NCBI GenBank assembly: GCA_036172245.1
Contig: JAYWIR010000070.1
Coordinates: forward strand, 62,001 to 126,000
Length of the DNA stretch: 64,000 nt
Direction: 5' to 3'
Source: Raillietiella orientalis
Lineage: Eukaryota
In this document: in pieces, positions 14,101 to 24,275 of the stretch
Layout: every line of letters starts with the position of its first letter
Position numbering within the stretch: the first letter of the stretch is position 1
Notes under the pieces: model-generated
Databases searched by the model: none
The model's input: only the letters and a program-made list of their open reading frames with translations
What the model was told of the DNA's origin: nothing
Program-made: the position numbers and the translations under genes

Positions 14101-15336
14101 ACGTCAGAGAGATTTCCAGAAATCTTTCACAAGAGGCACGTGATCAAGAGATTCACCTGCCTGGGGTCCATCGCTGGGCTCCCAAAGCAATCGAAGTTAT
14201 AGGCATCTTACATGAGTTGCATTACTTTATTCCCAGCTATGGATTCCAGATAAGTGGATGGATACCGTGCATGTCAACATCCCATTAGTCGTGTAAATGA
14301 CCTGGGAGGATGAGGTATGACTACTAACTGGTGACAACAGTAGGCGTCAAAGGGGCATTGAGGTCAACTCGTCGTGGTCAAGAGGGTAGCAAGTATGGAG
14401 ACAGTAAGGAGAAACGTGATAACATTAGTAGAGAGTGGATGACGCTGCCTTCTTTCGTGTGCAAGCAAAGACGAGTTGAGTTGAAAGAACATTCGAAGAC
14501 AGGAAGCAGCTGATCAACGGCACCTTCCTTTGAAGGATTTTATTCTCCCCTGGGTTTCCGTTCCTCGCGTGCATCCGCTCTATAGGAGGCGGTACGCAAG
14601 AAGCACCCAAGGCGCGCATGTGAGTATGAGTAGGACAGCGGGTGAGAGGGACCCTATGAGAGTAGGCTCTTCACGAAATCTTTCGTGAGGAGCGTTGAAT
14701 TCGCTTCAGCGCCGAATCCAGCAGTGTTCAAAACCCCCTGGAAGGGTCACCTCTGTTTTAATGACTGCAATCCGACGAAAGTCGGTGTTTCCCGGTCCGG
14801 AGGAATAGAGGACATCCCGAGTTGCTTCTGGAACGCGCTTGTCAAGAACCAAAGCAGAATCAAGAACCCAGTCGCGGTTCCTCAGATCATCCATAAATGT
14901 CACAGGATCATCTGATCCACAAATGGCACACCGGTCGCAGATGTATCCACGAGACTAGCAGAGGCTGCAGTCGCTTGCAGGATTCTCCCTGTGGTAGATG
15001 CGATTTCGGCTGCTGTGCATTTCGAGTTGAGCATGGCTGCACCATCTGACTTGCCCTCCCCTCTTCCTCGGTTCCTCGCTATGGGGCATTCCCTTGTTTG
15101 TCCTTGGTTTTCCCTGGAGACTTTTGCCTGTGAGTGGTTGCTGAGTCTGCATCCCGAAATCCACCGTCCTCCGCCGCTCCTTGGTACACCGCAGAAGAAT
15201 ACTCGTCGGTCCTCCCACGCTGTCGTCACCGGACGAAGCGTGCTGGCCGGAAGATTTCCCATTTCTCGCAGCAACAGTACAAAATTGGGCGCCGCGGCTT
15301 TCAGGATGAGAATTCCGAAGCTTCAGATGACTGCCC

Positions 15337-15850
15337 CAAAATCATTGGGGGCGGCGACCTCAGCTCTTCGCCAGAGCTCTCATCGCCTCGATCGGCCGCG
15401 TCGACAAGACGAGGCAGTGGGCGACAGCAGCCCGGACATCCCTGAGGCCCGGTCCCATCCCGCTGAAGGGCACGCGGGCAACCGCGTTCAAGAGGCCGCG
15501 AACTCCGGGACGGAGACGCAAGACGCCGGGCACCGCGCGCTTCTTCCGCTCCCGGCAAAAACCAGACGTCGCCGAGTTCGCGTGGTCGCCGCATCGTCCC
15601 GCCGGTGCCTCTGCGTGCCGGGAACGACGACGACGCTCCGCGGGAGCTGGAGATTGCGGGAGCGCGCAGCGCTGACCGCGTCGCGAGCTGGCTCGGACTG
15701 CTCGGCTCGCCTGGAACCGGGAACGCAGCGCCTGGTGGACCGCCGCCACCTGGGGTGGATCTTGTCGCGCAGCACCGCTTTTGGAGCCTCTCGATGCCGG
15801 ATCCGGAGCACGGGAGCCCCCAGGTTCTCCCCCTGGATGTGGGAGGAAGG
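15337..15850 (-). repeat. 514-bp inverted repeat, right arm
   Basis: Reverse complement of 7633-8146; the same peptides appear in the ORF track on opposite strands (7403..8182+ and 15301..15990-). Confidence 0.97.
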
Positions 15851-18337
15851 TCAGAGAGCTGTAGGTGCGGCGGTCTACCCTTCCTCACCATGTGGAGGGA
15901 AAGGGCGAAGGAAAACGAGTTGCTTGGCAACGCGGGGATGATGATCGGATGAAAATCCGGGCCTTTCCATCTTTCCGTCGGGCGCCCCATGCTGAGGACG
16001 CCCTACTCCTTGAGAGTGCAGTTCCTACCCGTGGCAAGCAGGGGGTCTCTCCTGAGGGAAGCGGGACGAACAGCCCGGGGCTGTCGCGAAGGAGGACTTT
16101 CTGTCCTGCTCCTCCAGCAAGCACACTAAGCGGCTTCCTCCCAGGACGGACGCGAAAAGTGGAGGCCCCGGACGAGCCGGAATCCCTGGACGGGGAAAAC
16201 TGTCCGAAGGTAAGCGTGGTCGCCCGGCCGCCCACAGCTGGGATCCTCTCTTCCTCCCCCCCCCTACGATGCTTTCGAATTTCGTAGAGCTGAGGAGAGC
16301 CGGGAGAGGGCTTTCTTTAGAAATGGCTGACCCGGCCGCTCCCTATTCTCTCTCCCGCAGGAAGAAAGGGGAAGCCGTGCACCCCCCGTCTCTCAAGGAA
16401 CGGCTGTCGACGATAGAAGATGGGAGGGGGAGGGGAGCATGAGGGAGGCGTCGAAGAGACGACGTGACGCAGAGCGCGTGGGTCGAGAGAGGACGCCCTC
16501 ACTATCTCTGAGCGCGGATTGCACCCTAGGAAGCGCGTTCTCCTCGTGACCAGGCGGAGGAAGAGCGGGATGCCTCCACCGCGGTGTGGACACGTCCAAT
16601 TCGAACTCACCCGGAACGGTCAACGCCTCCACAGGGGCTGTGTTTTTTTTGCTTCTGATGGTGCGCTGTTTCGGTACTCCCGTGAGAAGACACTTGCTGG
16701 GACCACCGTTCAGCGCCCTTCCCCGCCCGGTTCCCATTTCAGGGAGCCTGGGTCCCGAGTTATTCTCTCAAAAGCCCGAATCCTTGCTCTCGCAGCTCGT
16801 CACGGACATTTCCAGGCAGCTCCCGCGTGGTAACTGTCGCCGAGTGACCTCGGATGATGGGGAAGGGGGGGGGGGGTTGATCCTCTTGCGAGAGAGTGCG
16901 GACCTCCTTCCAGGAGCGCGAGTGAGGGAGAGGGGCCAGCGGGGCATCCGAAAAAGAGGCGACCCGAGGTCGGGGAGGAAGCAGGTCACACCTGAACGGA
17001 GACGGCGCTCCTCTCAGCGCCGGGTTCTGGACCCGGAGTCTTCCGCAATTGAGATTTTCCAGCTTCGTCTGCGAGGAGGAGGCTGCAAGAAAGCAGGAAG
17101 TGACAGAATGAACGCTGCGGTGGGAAATGGACCACGAGAATGGAGAGGCAGCTATAAATAGAAAGCGGTCGCCGCTCTGAAAGATGGCGCTCGGCACTGC
17201 GGCAGTTTCGCAGATCCGAAAACCACTCCGGTCTAAGATGCGGTCCATATCTCGCGGGAGGCCTCGCCTCCCCTCCCCACTCCCCCACGACGGGAGAATC
17301 TCCACGGCGACCTCTCGCGAGCGAGCGAAGCAACGTCCTGCGAAGAAACAGAGAGGCGTTCCGCTGTTCGGTAGGGTCTTCCACCTGCGCGCCCTTCTTG
17401 GCCGGTATTCCCCAGCCCGAGGGGTAAAGGGGGACGGACGCCTTCTACTTGGCGACGCCCGACAGTCCCGGAGCCCCGAGAGCGTGCTTTCCCGACTCGA
17501 GAAATTCCCCCGCAGGGGCCTTCCGAGGAAGTGGTCGGAAGCTTCCCGGATGTCGGATGAGTACCGAAATTCCGGGCAGTCTTTCCTCCTGACGGCGTCC
17601 GTCGCGACGTCCACTCCTCGCCCAGCTGCTGCCTTCTCCCTAAGCCTTCCAGAAGAATTTCCGCCCACGCTGTGGGTGCGGCGGAGGAAGGAGTTCCGTT
17701 GCAGCTCCCTGGTTTTAGGACGAGCAGCGCGCGACAGCTCACCCTTTCTCCTCCACCCATGAACTGGCATCTGCGCAGCACCCCGCAAGAGGTTGCACGC
17801 GGAGCGCTGGACACGCCTTTCCGCAGAAGGCTGCGCAGTGGGTGGACGGCCGCCCTTCTTCCCGGGACTGCTAAGGAACGGCGCTCCTGCTTGCCCCCGG
17901 AACTCCTCTGCTCAAGGGCCAAGCCGTTTCCGGGAGTGGGAAGGAGAGCCGAAGTCCCCTCGCGTCCGCGAACGGCACCCCGCATCCTCGGAAGGAAAAG
18001 GAAGACGGCGGGGTGCCACTGGAAGAGGCGCAGCAGCGCGGAGCGGCCGATCCGCCGCGCCGGCGGCCCGCTCAAGACGGAAGGACCGCCCGTGCGAGCG
18101 CGAAAATGGTCCAAGGACGGAAGGACGCGCAGAAACGCGAGCGCGGGGTCACGCATGCGCGCGAGCGCTACCTAGCGCGTGCGAAACGGAGCGGCAGCCG
18201 GAACCAGGCGCAGGAGTGTTCAGGATGCCGGGACGCGCCAGGGGAACGACAAGGGCGCCGGAAAAACAAAGAAGCATCCCTTCTTGCTTCCATCTCAAGG
18301 ACGAGGAAGCCAAACGGGAACCGCGGGAAGAGAGAAC

Positions 18338-18955
18338 TTTCCCTCCGCGGCAGCGGCGTCTCCAGAGAAATTTTCCTCCGCAGCGGCGGTCCGCTGCTGC
18401 TGTTGTCGCGTGGGGTCGCCGTAGCCGTTTGCGCCCCTGGCGGCGATCTCCGTCGGCAGGGACTGCGAAGGCGCCTCCTACTTTCCGGCTGCCCCTTCAG
18501 GTCCCCTGATGCTAGCATAGGAAGAGTCACCCCCCAAAATCGGCGCGAACCACGGACCTCCGAGGGCCTCGGCGGGTAGGCGTTTTCGCGTGCCACCTGC
18601 CGGGGCCGCGGTACGTCAGTCAGTCCGAGGGAGATGGTCGCAAGCGCGCGCTACCTTCCGGGAGGAGGAGGAGAGGCCCTTGGGGATGGCACGAGAGAGA
18701 GAGAGACCAACGACAACGCCTGCCCCTCATTCAGAACCCCTGGGCACCGAGGGTGGCAAGCTACCGAAATTCCGTTGGGGAGGGAATTTTTTCCCGGAAT
18801 GGGGAGAAGAGGCTCCTTCGCAATCCCTGCCCACAGAGAGCGCCGTCAGGGGTTCAAGCGGAGGCGGCGATCCTGCGCAGCAGCAGCAGCAGCGGCCGCG
18901 GACCACCGCCGCAGAGGGAAATTTCTCTGGAGGCGCTGCGACCACAGGGAGGGGG
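18338..18955. repeat. Diverged inverted repeat (~150-bp arms, 18338-18490 and 18795-18955), a side hairpin of the giant foldback
   Basis: CTCCAGAGAAATTTTCCTCCGCAGCGGCGGTCCGC...GGCAGGGACTGCGAAGG versus the reverse complement CTCCAGAGAAATTTCCCTCTGCGGCGGTGGTCCGC...GGCAGGGATTGCGAAGG; differences are mostly transitions. Confidence 0.85.
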
Positions 18956-21332
18956 AAGAGCCCCCACCCGACCCCCAGCTGCACCGGCGTTGCGGCAGCC
19001 TTCGTCCGGTTACCGAGCGATGCGGCGGTCGACCCCACCAGGAGCGCGCGCTGTGCCGCGGGCAGAGAAAAAATTCCGTCGCGGAGGAGGGGGCGGAGGG
19101 CGGATGCGCTGCCGCTGCGGCGGCTCGGAAGGAGGTCCGGAAGGAGGATCGGGGAGGGGGAGGGGCGGATCGCGAGCTCCCGGGGTGGGAGGTGAGCCAG
19201 AATCGGCCTTCGAGCCGCGGACTGCGGGGACGGACGGTCATCGCCTGCTGCCCCCCTCCCCCCTCGTCCCCCTCTTTTCTTTCCGCCGCCGCCCCCACTC
19301 CTCCTCCAGACTGCCGCGCACGCACGCAAGCACGCAAGCACGCACGCACGCGCGCGCGCGGGCGTCCGGGCGCGCGCCCGAACGGCGGCGGCGGGCGGAG
19401 CTTCTCACGCGGGCGTCCTCCCACGCGAGCGGGGAGGAAGCGGCGTTTCCGGTCTCTCCCCTCCGCGGGGGAAGCCTCGGCTCCGGCCGGCTGTCCCCCG
19501 CCCGCTCCTTCCGTCCCCGCGGCCCAGCGGGAGGGAGCCGAGAAGGGCGGAGCGCCGTCCGCCCCCGCGGAGTGGGGGGTCCCTCCCCTTCGCGCCTCTT
19601 CCATCGCCCCCGCATTCGAAGAAAGCCCCGGGCGATCCTCCACCGCCCGCGCCGCCGGACTCGGCGCGCTCAGCGGGGAACCAGAAGGGGTGCCCGTCGC
19701 GTCCCCGGGAAGTGGGTGGGGCGGGCGGGTGAGGTGAGCGCAGATGCGCCGTAGGTCGCTGCCTCGGAGGGTCGGGAGGCACGCCAGCCGCAAGAGGAAC
19801 CTGCAGGGCCAGGAGCGAAGGGGCGCGCGCGCGCCCTTCCGCCTCTGAGGCAGCACAGGGAGGGTCCGAGGAGGATGGGGACGCGCCTCGTTCGTTCCCA
19901 TGGTGTGCCCCACTTCGGGGCTGCTTTCGCGGAACCGCCGACTGGGAGAGTCCCCTTAGCGCCAGGGTCGCCCCTGCCCGGGGTACGAGCGCCCGCTCGC
20001 CATCCTCAGGGGGTGGGAGTGGGGGACAGGAGAGGGAAAGCGTCCCGGGGCCTCCTCAAAACGGGAGAGTCCCCACGCACCCTCGCCGATCAGGTCGGGA
20101 GTGGCAAGGAAGGCTCAGGAGGAGTACCTCCGGGCTAAGGCAAGGGGACAGAGGGGCCGCACCCTGGGGCATTCTCGCTCTCCCCCTCCCCGACAGGGTC
20201 TTTCCCTCCTCTCCTGCACCCTGAGGAGAACAGCAGGCGAGGCCCAAACGTAGGGCCACTCCCGTGGACCCTCCCCTGAGTCAGCCAATCACCTGGAGTC
20301 CTCGCGGCCCCCGCGTCAGAGCTGACCCTCCGCCCCCGAGCGTGCGCGTTCCCTGTCTGCCCTCGAAAACGGCCGCGAGAGCCTAGGAGGAAGGGGGGGA
20401 GGGGCGGCGGGACGGAGATCGGGTCCTGCCCCGATCGGGAGTGGGGGAATCGCTCATTCCTCGCCGGCGTTGGCTGGAGCTAGCCCGCGGGCTTGCGGCG
20501 GCTGCGCGAAGGCCCCCTTTGGCTGGTCTCCGAGGCAGGCCAGTCAGGTTGCGTTGTCCCAGGGCGCGCAAAGCGCACATCTGAGGAACGCTCGTGCGCG
20601 AGCGCACGTCCATCCACGGGTTCGGGAATGGTGCGCACGCGCGTGCGATTGAAACACGCGCACGCAAACGCACGTACACGACTCGGGCCGGCAGGAAGCC
20701 ATGGGAACCGCACGCGCGTGCGTGCTGGAGAACACCAGAAACCTCCCTCCGGGTCGGGTCGCCTAGCGACGTGGGCTGCGCGGGACGGGCACGGCTCTTG
20801 AGATGGGGCCCCTATGCACGGGCGGGAAAGGGTTGCCCGCCGGAAGCAGCATATTCGGCAAGAGAGAACGGCGTGCTCCCAACGGTGGTGGTGATGCTGG
20901 GGGAGGCCGGTTGCAACATGGGCAGCTCTCCCCCGGGGAGCCAGGAGACGCGCGTCCGGCGACAGATGGGTAAGAGATCTCCCGATCTTTTCGGCGGCTC
21001 CGCAGCACGGAAAGCGTTCCGGCTTCCTGGGCGAGTGCCTTTCCCTCGGCGAAACGTTTTTTTTGTGGCCTGAATTTCAGATGTTCAGACGACGGCCACA
21101 CGTAGGAAGGAAGGAGAAAAACAAAACAAAAGAAAGAAGAACGAAAGAAAAGGTCATCTCTGGGGTTAACTTTTGCTAAACGTGATCTCAAGGAAGTGTG
21201 TGGTTTCTTGTGATGCGGCAGTGAGGCGACCGCGACGCCTTCGAGCATTTCCCGCTCTCGAGTTCGGCATGGCTTCCACCTTCCTCCTTAGACGACGCCC
21301 TCTATCGAGCGGCTCGGAAACTAAAAAAAAAA

Positions 21333-21382
21333 AGAGAGAGGCAGAGAGAGAGAGAGAGAGGCAGAGAGAGAGAGAGAGAGAG
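21333..21382 (+). repeat. Interrupted (AG)n microsatellite after a poly-A run
   Basis: Direct reading of the sequence. Confidence 0.9.
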
Positions 21383-21477
21383 GAAACGAGCTCCAGAGCG
21401 TTCCAGGGTGGAAGCTCGTCGTCGAACAGCGGATCGAGGTGGACGCTGTCTTCGTTTTTCCTCCTCTCCTGCTACAG

Positions 21478-21501
21478 GTGACTGCTTCTCCCGCGGCCGA
21501 G
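21478..21501 (+). other. Putative 24-nt non-coding micro-exon (possible SHC 5' UTR exon)
   Basis: Strong acceptor TTCGTTTTTCCTCCTCTCCTGCTACAG and donor GAG|GTGAGT; no coding continuity found. Confidence 0.4.
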
Positions 21502-24275
21502 GTGAGTTCCGTCCCCTGTTGAACGATGATGCGAAGGTGAACGTATAACGGAGCGTGAGAGAAACGTTTTTCTCCCAGAAAGTCATCATCATCAGCTTTC
21601 TGAACGGCGTGCACCCGTGCTTCTCGTCCTGCAGATCGGGCGATGAAATCAGAAATCCTGATCGGTGGTATGCACGGGTCCCTCACAAGGATAGGGGAGG
21701 AAAAGAGAGAAAGATAGCAAAAAGGGAAACACAAACAGACAAAAAAATCCACAAATTCAGGCCAGAAAACATAAAATCCGGAAAAACTCCATCTTCCGAG
21801 ATGTTTCCCAAGTTATTTCGGGCCGCACCTACTCCGAGGTGGTGATGGAAGTTTTAATTCCGGGAAACAAGGGAACTCGAGCGTCGCGATTCCGGGATGT
21901 TAATAAATGGGAAGCCTTTCGTATTTACGTCAGCGTCAAACTTAAACTCTGTAGCAGCATCGCTCGGCGTGGCGGACGCACCCGTGGCTCGTCGCTCCTT
22001 CTGAACGAACGTTTACCGAAAGCAAAATGCCTGCCAATAAAGCAGGAAGTAGAAAAACTGGAACGAGCATAGAATTATGCGGAAATCCGGTTTTACTTCC
22101 GTCTGCGTTTAATGGATGCCAAAGGAACAGCTGCAAAGCTGGGAAATAAGTACGGTGATGAAAAATGTCACTGCGTGTGAGGTCAGGGAGCACACAAATC
22201 TAGAGGAGGCAAAATTTCAATTCCTGGAAGAGAGGAGAGGAAGGAGGAGAAGAGGAGGAAAAAATCGATAAAAGTCGAGCCGTTCTATGACGTACAAATC
22301 TAAAACAGAAAATTTCGATATCTGGAATACGACGTACAATGTAGCACGCAAGATCCCGCATCAGCTCGCGAGCTTTAAAACGTGACAGCGTGTGTTTCAA
22401 AACAGGAATTCTTCCCCGACCCTGCTTCCATGCGAACCCGGCGTACTTCCCCAGTTCGACGCTGGATGGCGGTTCGTTTCTGATGAATGATATTTCCCTC
22501 ATTCATTTCATTCAAGTCGCATTTGGCTTATTGCCAAGTTGTCATTCATAACAGGAAGCATGCAGTAAGAATGCGCTTCCTCTGTGTCTGTTAATTACTC
22601 TCGATAGCGATAATTCCGAGCAGCGTTTCGAGTTCAAGTGATTGTTCGAATCGGCTGTCCAGCATCCAGTGATGCAGTATGCTGGGACACCGCTGAGTTT
22701 CGTTGCTGCTGGATTCAGTGTGAACACCACCGCACAGCCCGTGGGATTTAGCGCCAGAAATGAAAAGTTGAAAACAGTGTGCTCATTCCCTTTTTTCAGC
22801 CGATGATTTTTCCGATGCTGGGAGAGCGTGATCATTGAAACCCGAGTTGTTTTATATTGCACCAGCGTATTGGTTGCTGCTACTCCAGTAAGATGTCAGC
22901 TTTTGCATCCATTTGGTTTTCCATTTTATTTTGATTTTTACGTTGTGTTGTTTTTCGATACCGTCCGCCCCCCCCCCCCCGCCCCGCCCCCGCCCCCTCA
23001 AAAAAAAAAAGAAAAGAAAAAAATTGCATTTGAATCGAATTATGCGACTTTTTAACAACCACTTTAAAACCGATTTTTCCTTTTTCCTTTTTTTTTTTTT
23101 GTCCGGTTCGGTCCGCGGGAAATTTTGTGAAATCAACAGGACTTATGTAAAACGAGACGCTCTCTACGTTCGTGGTGTTCACGCAAAACCCCATTTTCGG
23201 TTAATTTACAAAACTAAACGATTTGTCCGGTGGGCCTGTTGATTTAAATTACAAATAGTCCGGGATGCTGTGGCGGTTGAGGGTTTATGAAAAATCGGAC
23301 GGATTAGGGATTAAAAAACACTGATCGTAATTGCGTGGTACACGAAAAGTTTTTTTTTTTTTTTTTTTTTTTTTTATCGCTGGGAGAGTTTCACTGATTT
23401 TGGAAGGAGCATGTGTGCCTGAGAGAAAAAAAAAATACCCAGTGTAGTATTTGCCCTCTCGTGTGCTATCCAATAGCACTAATTTGCTGGTGTTTGAATC
23501 AATAATTCTGCTTTCACTTTGTTTTTCTGATTGGCTGACGCACACATCATAGTATTCGATTATTGGTTCATCTGTGTTTTGGTTTATTTTATGAATGAAA
23601 TTTTTCCCAGCAGAAACAGTTTACGTAGGAAAACGTGGTATGTGGGACGCCGTTCGAGGCGAGTTGCTCGTTCGGAAGAGCAGATTTTGCTTGGCAGAAA
23701 AGAAGTAAAATGTGAGGAACCATCTTGGAATCGTCGAATTGGTGGTGAATTGCAGCTCCGGAGCTGCAGTGATTTGCCCGTGCTATAAATCTGTGTGTGC
23801 CTGCATGCTAGTTTTTGTGTGTTAACGGCAAGTGCAGCCACGGATGAGTTTGCTTTGCCAAAAAAAAAAAAAATTGTCTTTTGTTGTGGAAAAAAAAAAA
23901 AAAAAAAATTTGAATTGCTCATGATTGTTGTAACTAACGAAATTTTGCTGAATCTGTAATATCACAGCCAAGCGTTCATTCAGAATCCTTGGATATACCA
24001 CAGAAGCGTTCACTTAAAATTCTTGTTGTGAAAATAGGAATTTGTTATCTGCAGCCACACACTGTCCTCACGGACTAAGAAGGGGGAAAAAGTCTGCTGC
24101 TGGCAATTGGTGAAACGAGTTGGATGAGCATGCTGTTCGTCAGCAACCACAATTGTCACGAAATAAACCGGAAGGGAAGTTTATTATATGCGTGCCCAAC
24201 TCGATGCATATATACCCATACGAACATTCATTTCTTTCGTCTCATTTGTTTCTGGCTTCGTGCTATGATCATACG

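Larger units (their letters stand above)
3335..19671 (+). other. Giant (~16.3 kb) imperfect nested foldback, probably within a long intron of a + strand transcript
   Basis: Dozens of colinear nested complementary blocks, e.g. 3335-3363/19638-19671, 5598-5606/17147-17155, 6605-6616/16620-16630, 7633-8146/15337-15850, 8581-8599/14890-14907, 9864-9871/14001-14008, 11099-11112/13036-13054, 11604-11613/12576-12585. A GTGAGC donor lies at 3333. Confidence 0.75.

Noticed and set aside
7629..15854. 8.2-kb DNA transposon with 514-bp TIRs and a TCAG target-site duplication
   Set aside because: No transposase-like sequence inside, a 4-bp match can arise by chance, and complementarity continues in register beyond both ends of the repeat. 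Kept only as an alternative.
16760..19913. Long overlapping ORFs of 200-367 aa on both strands
   Set aside because: Low-complexity R/G/P/A peptides open in several frames at once, as expected for very GC-rich DNA; no recognisable domain.
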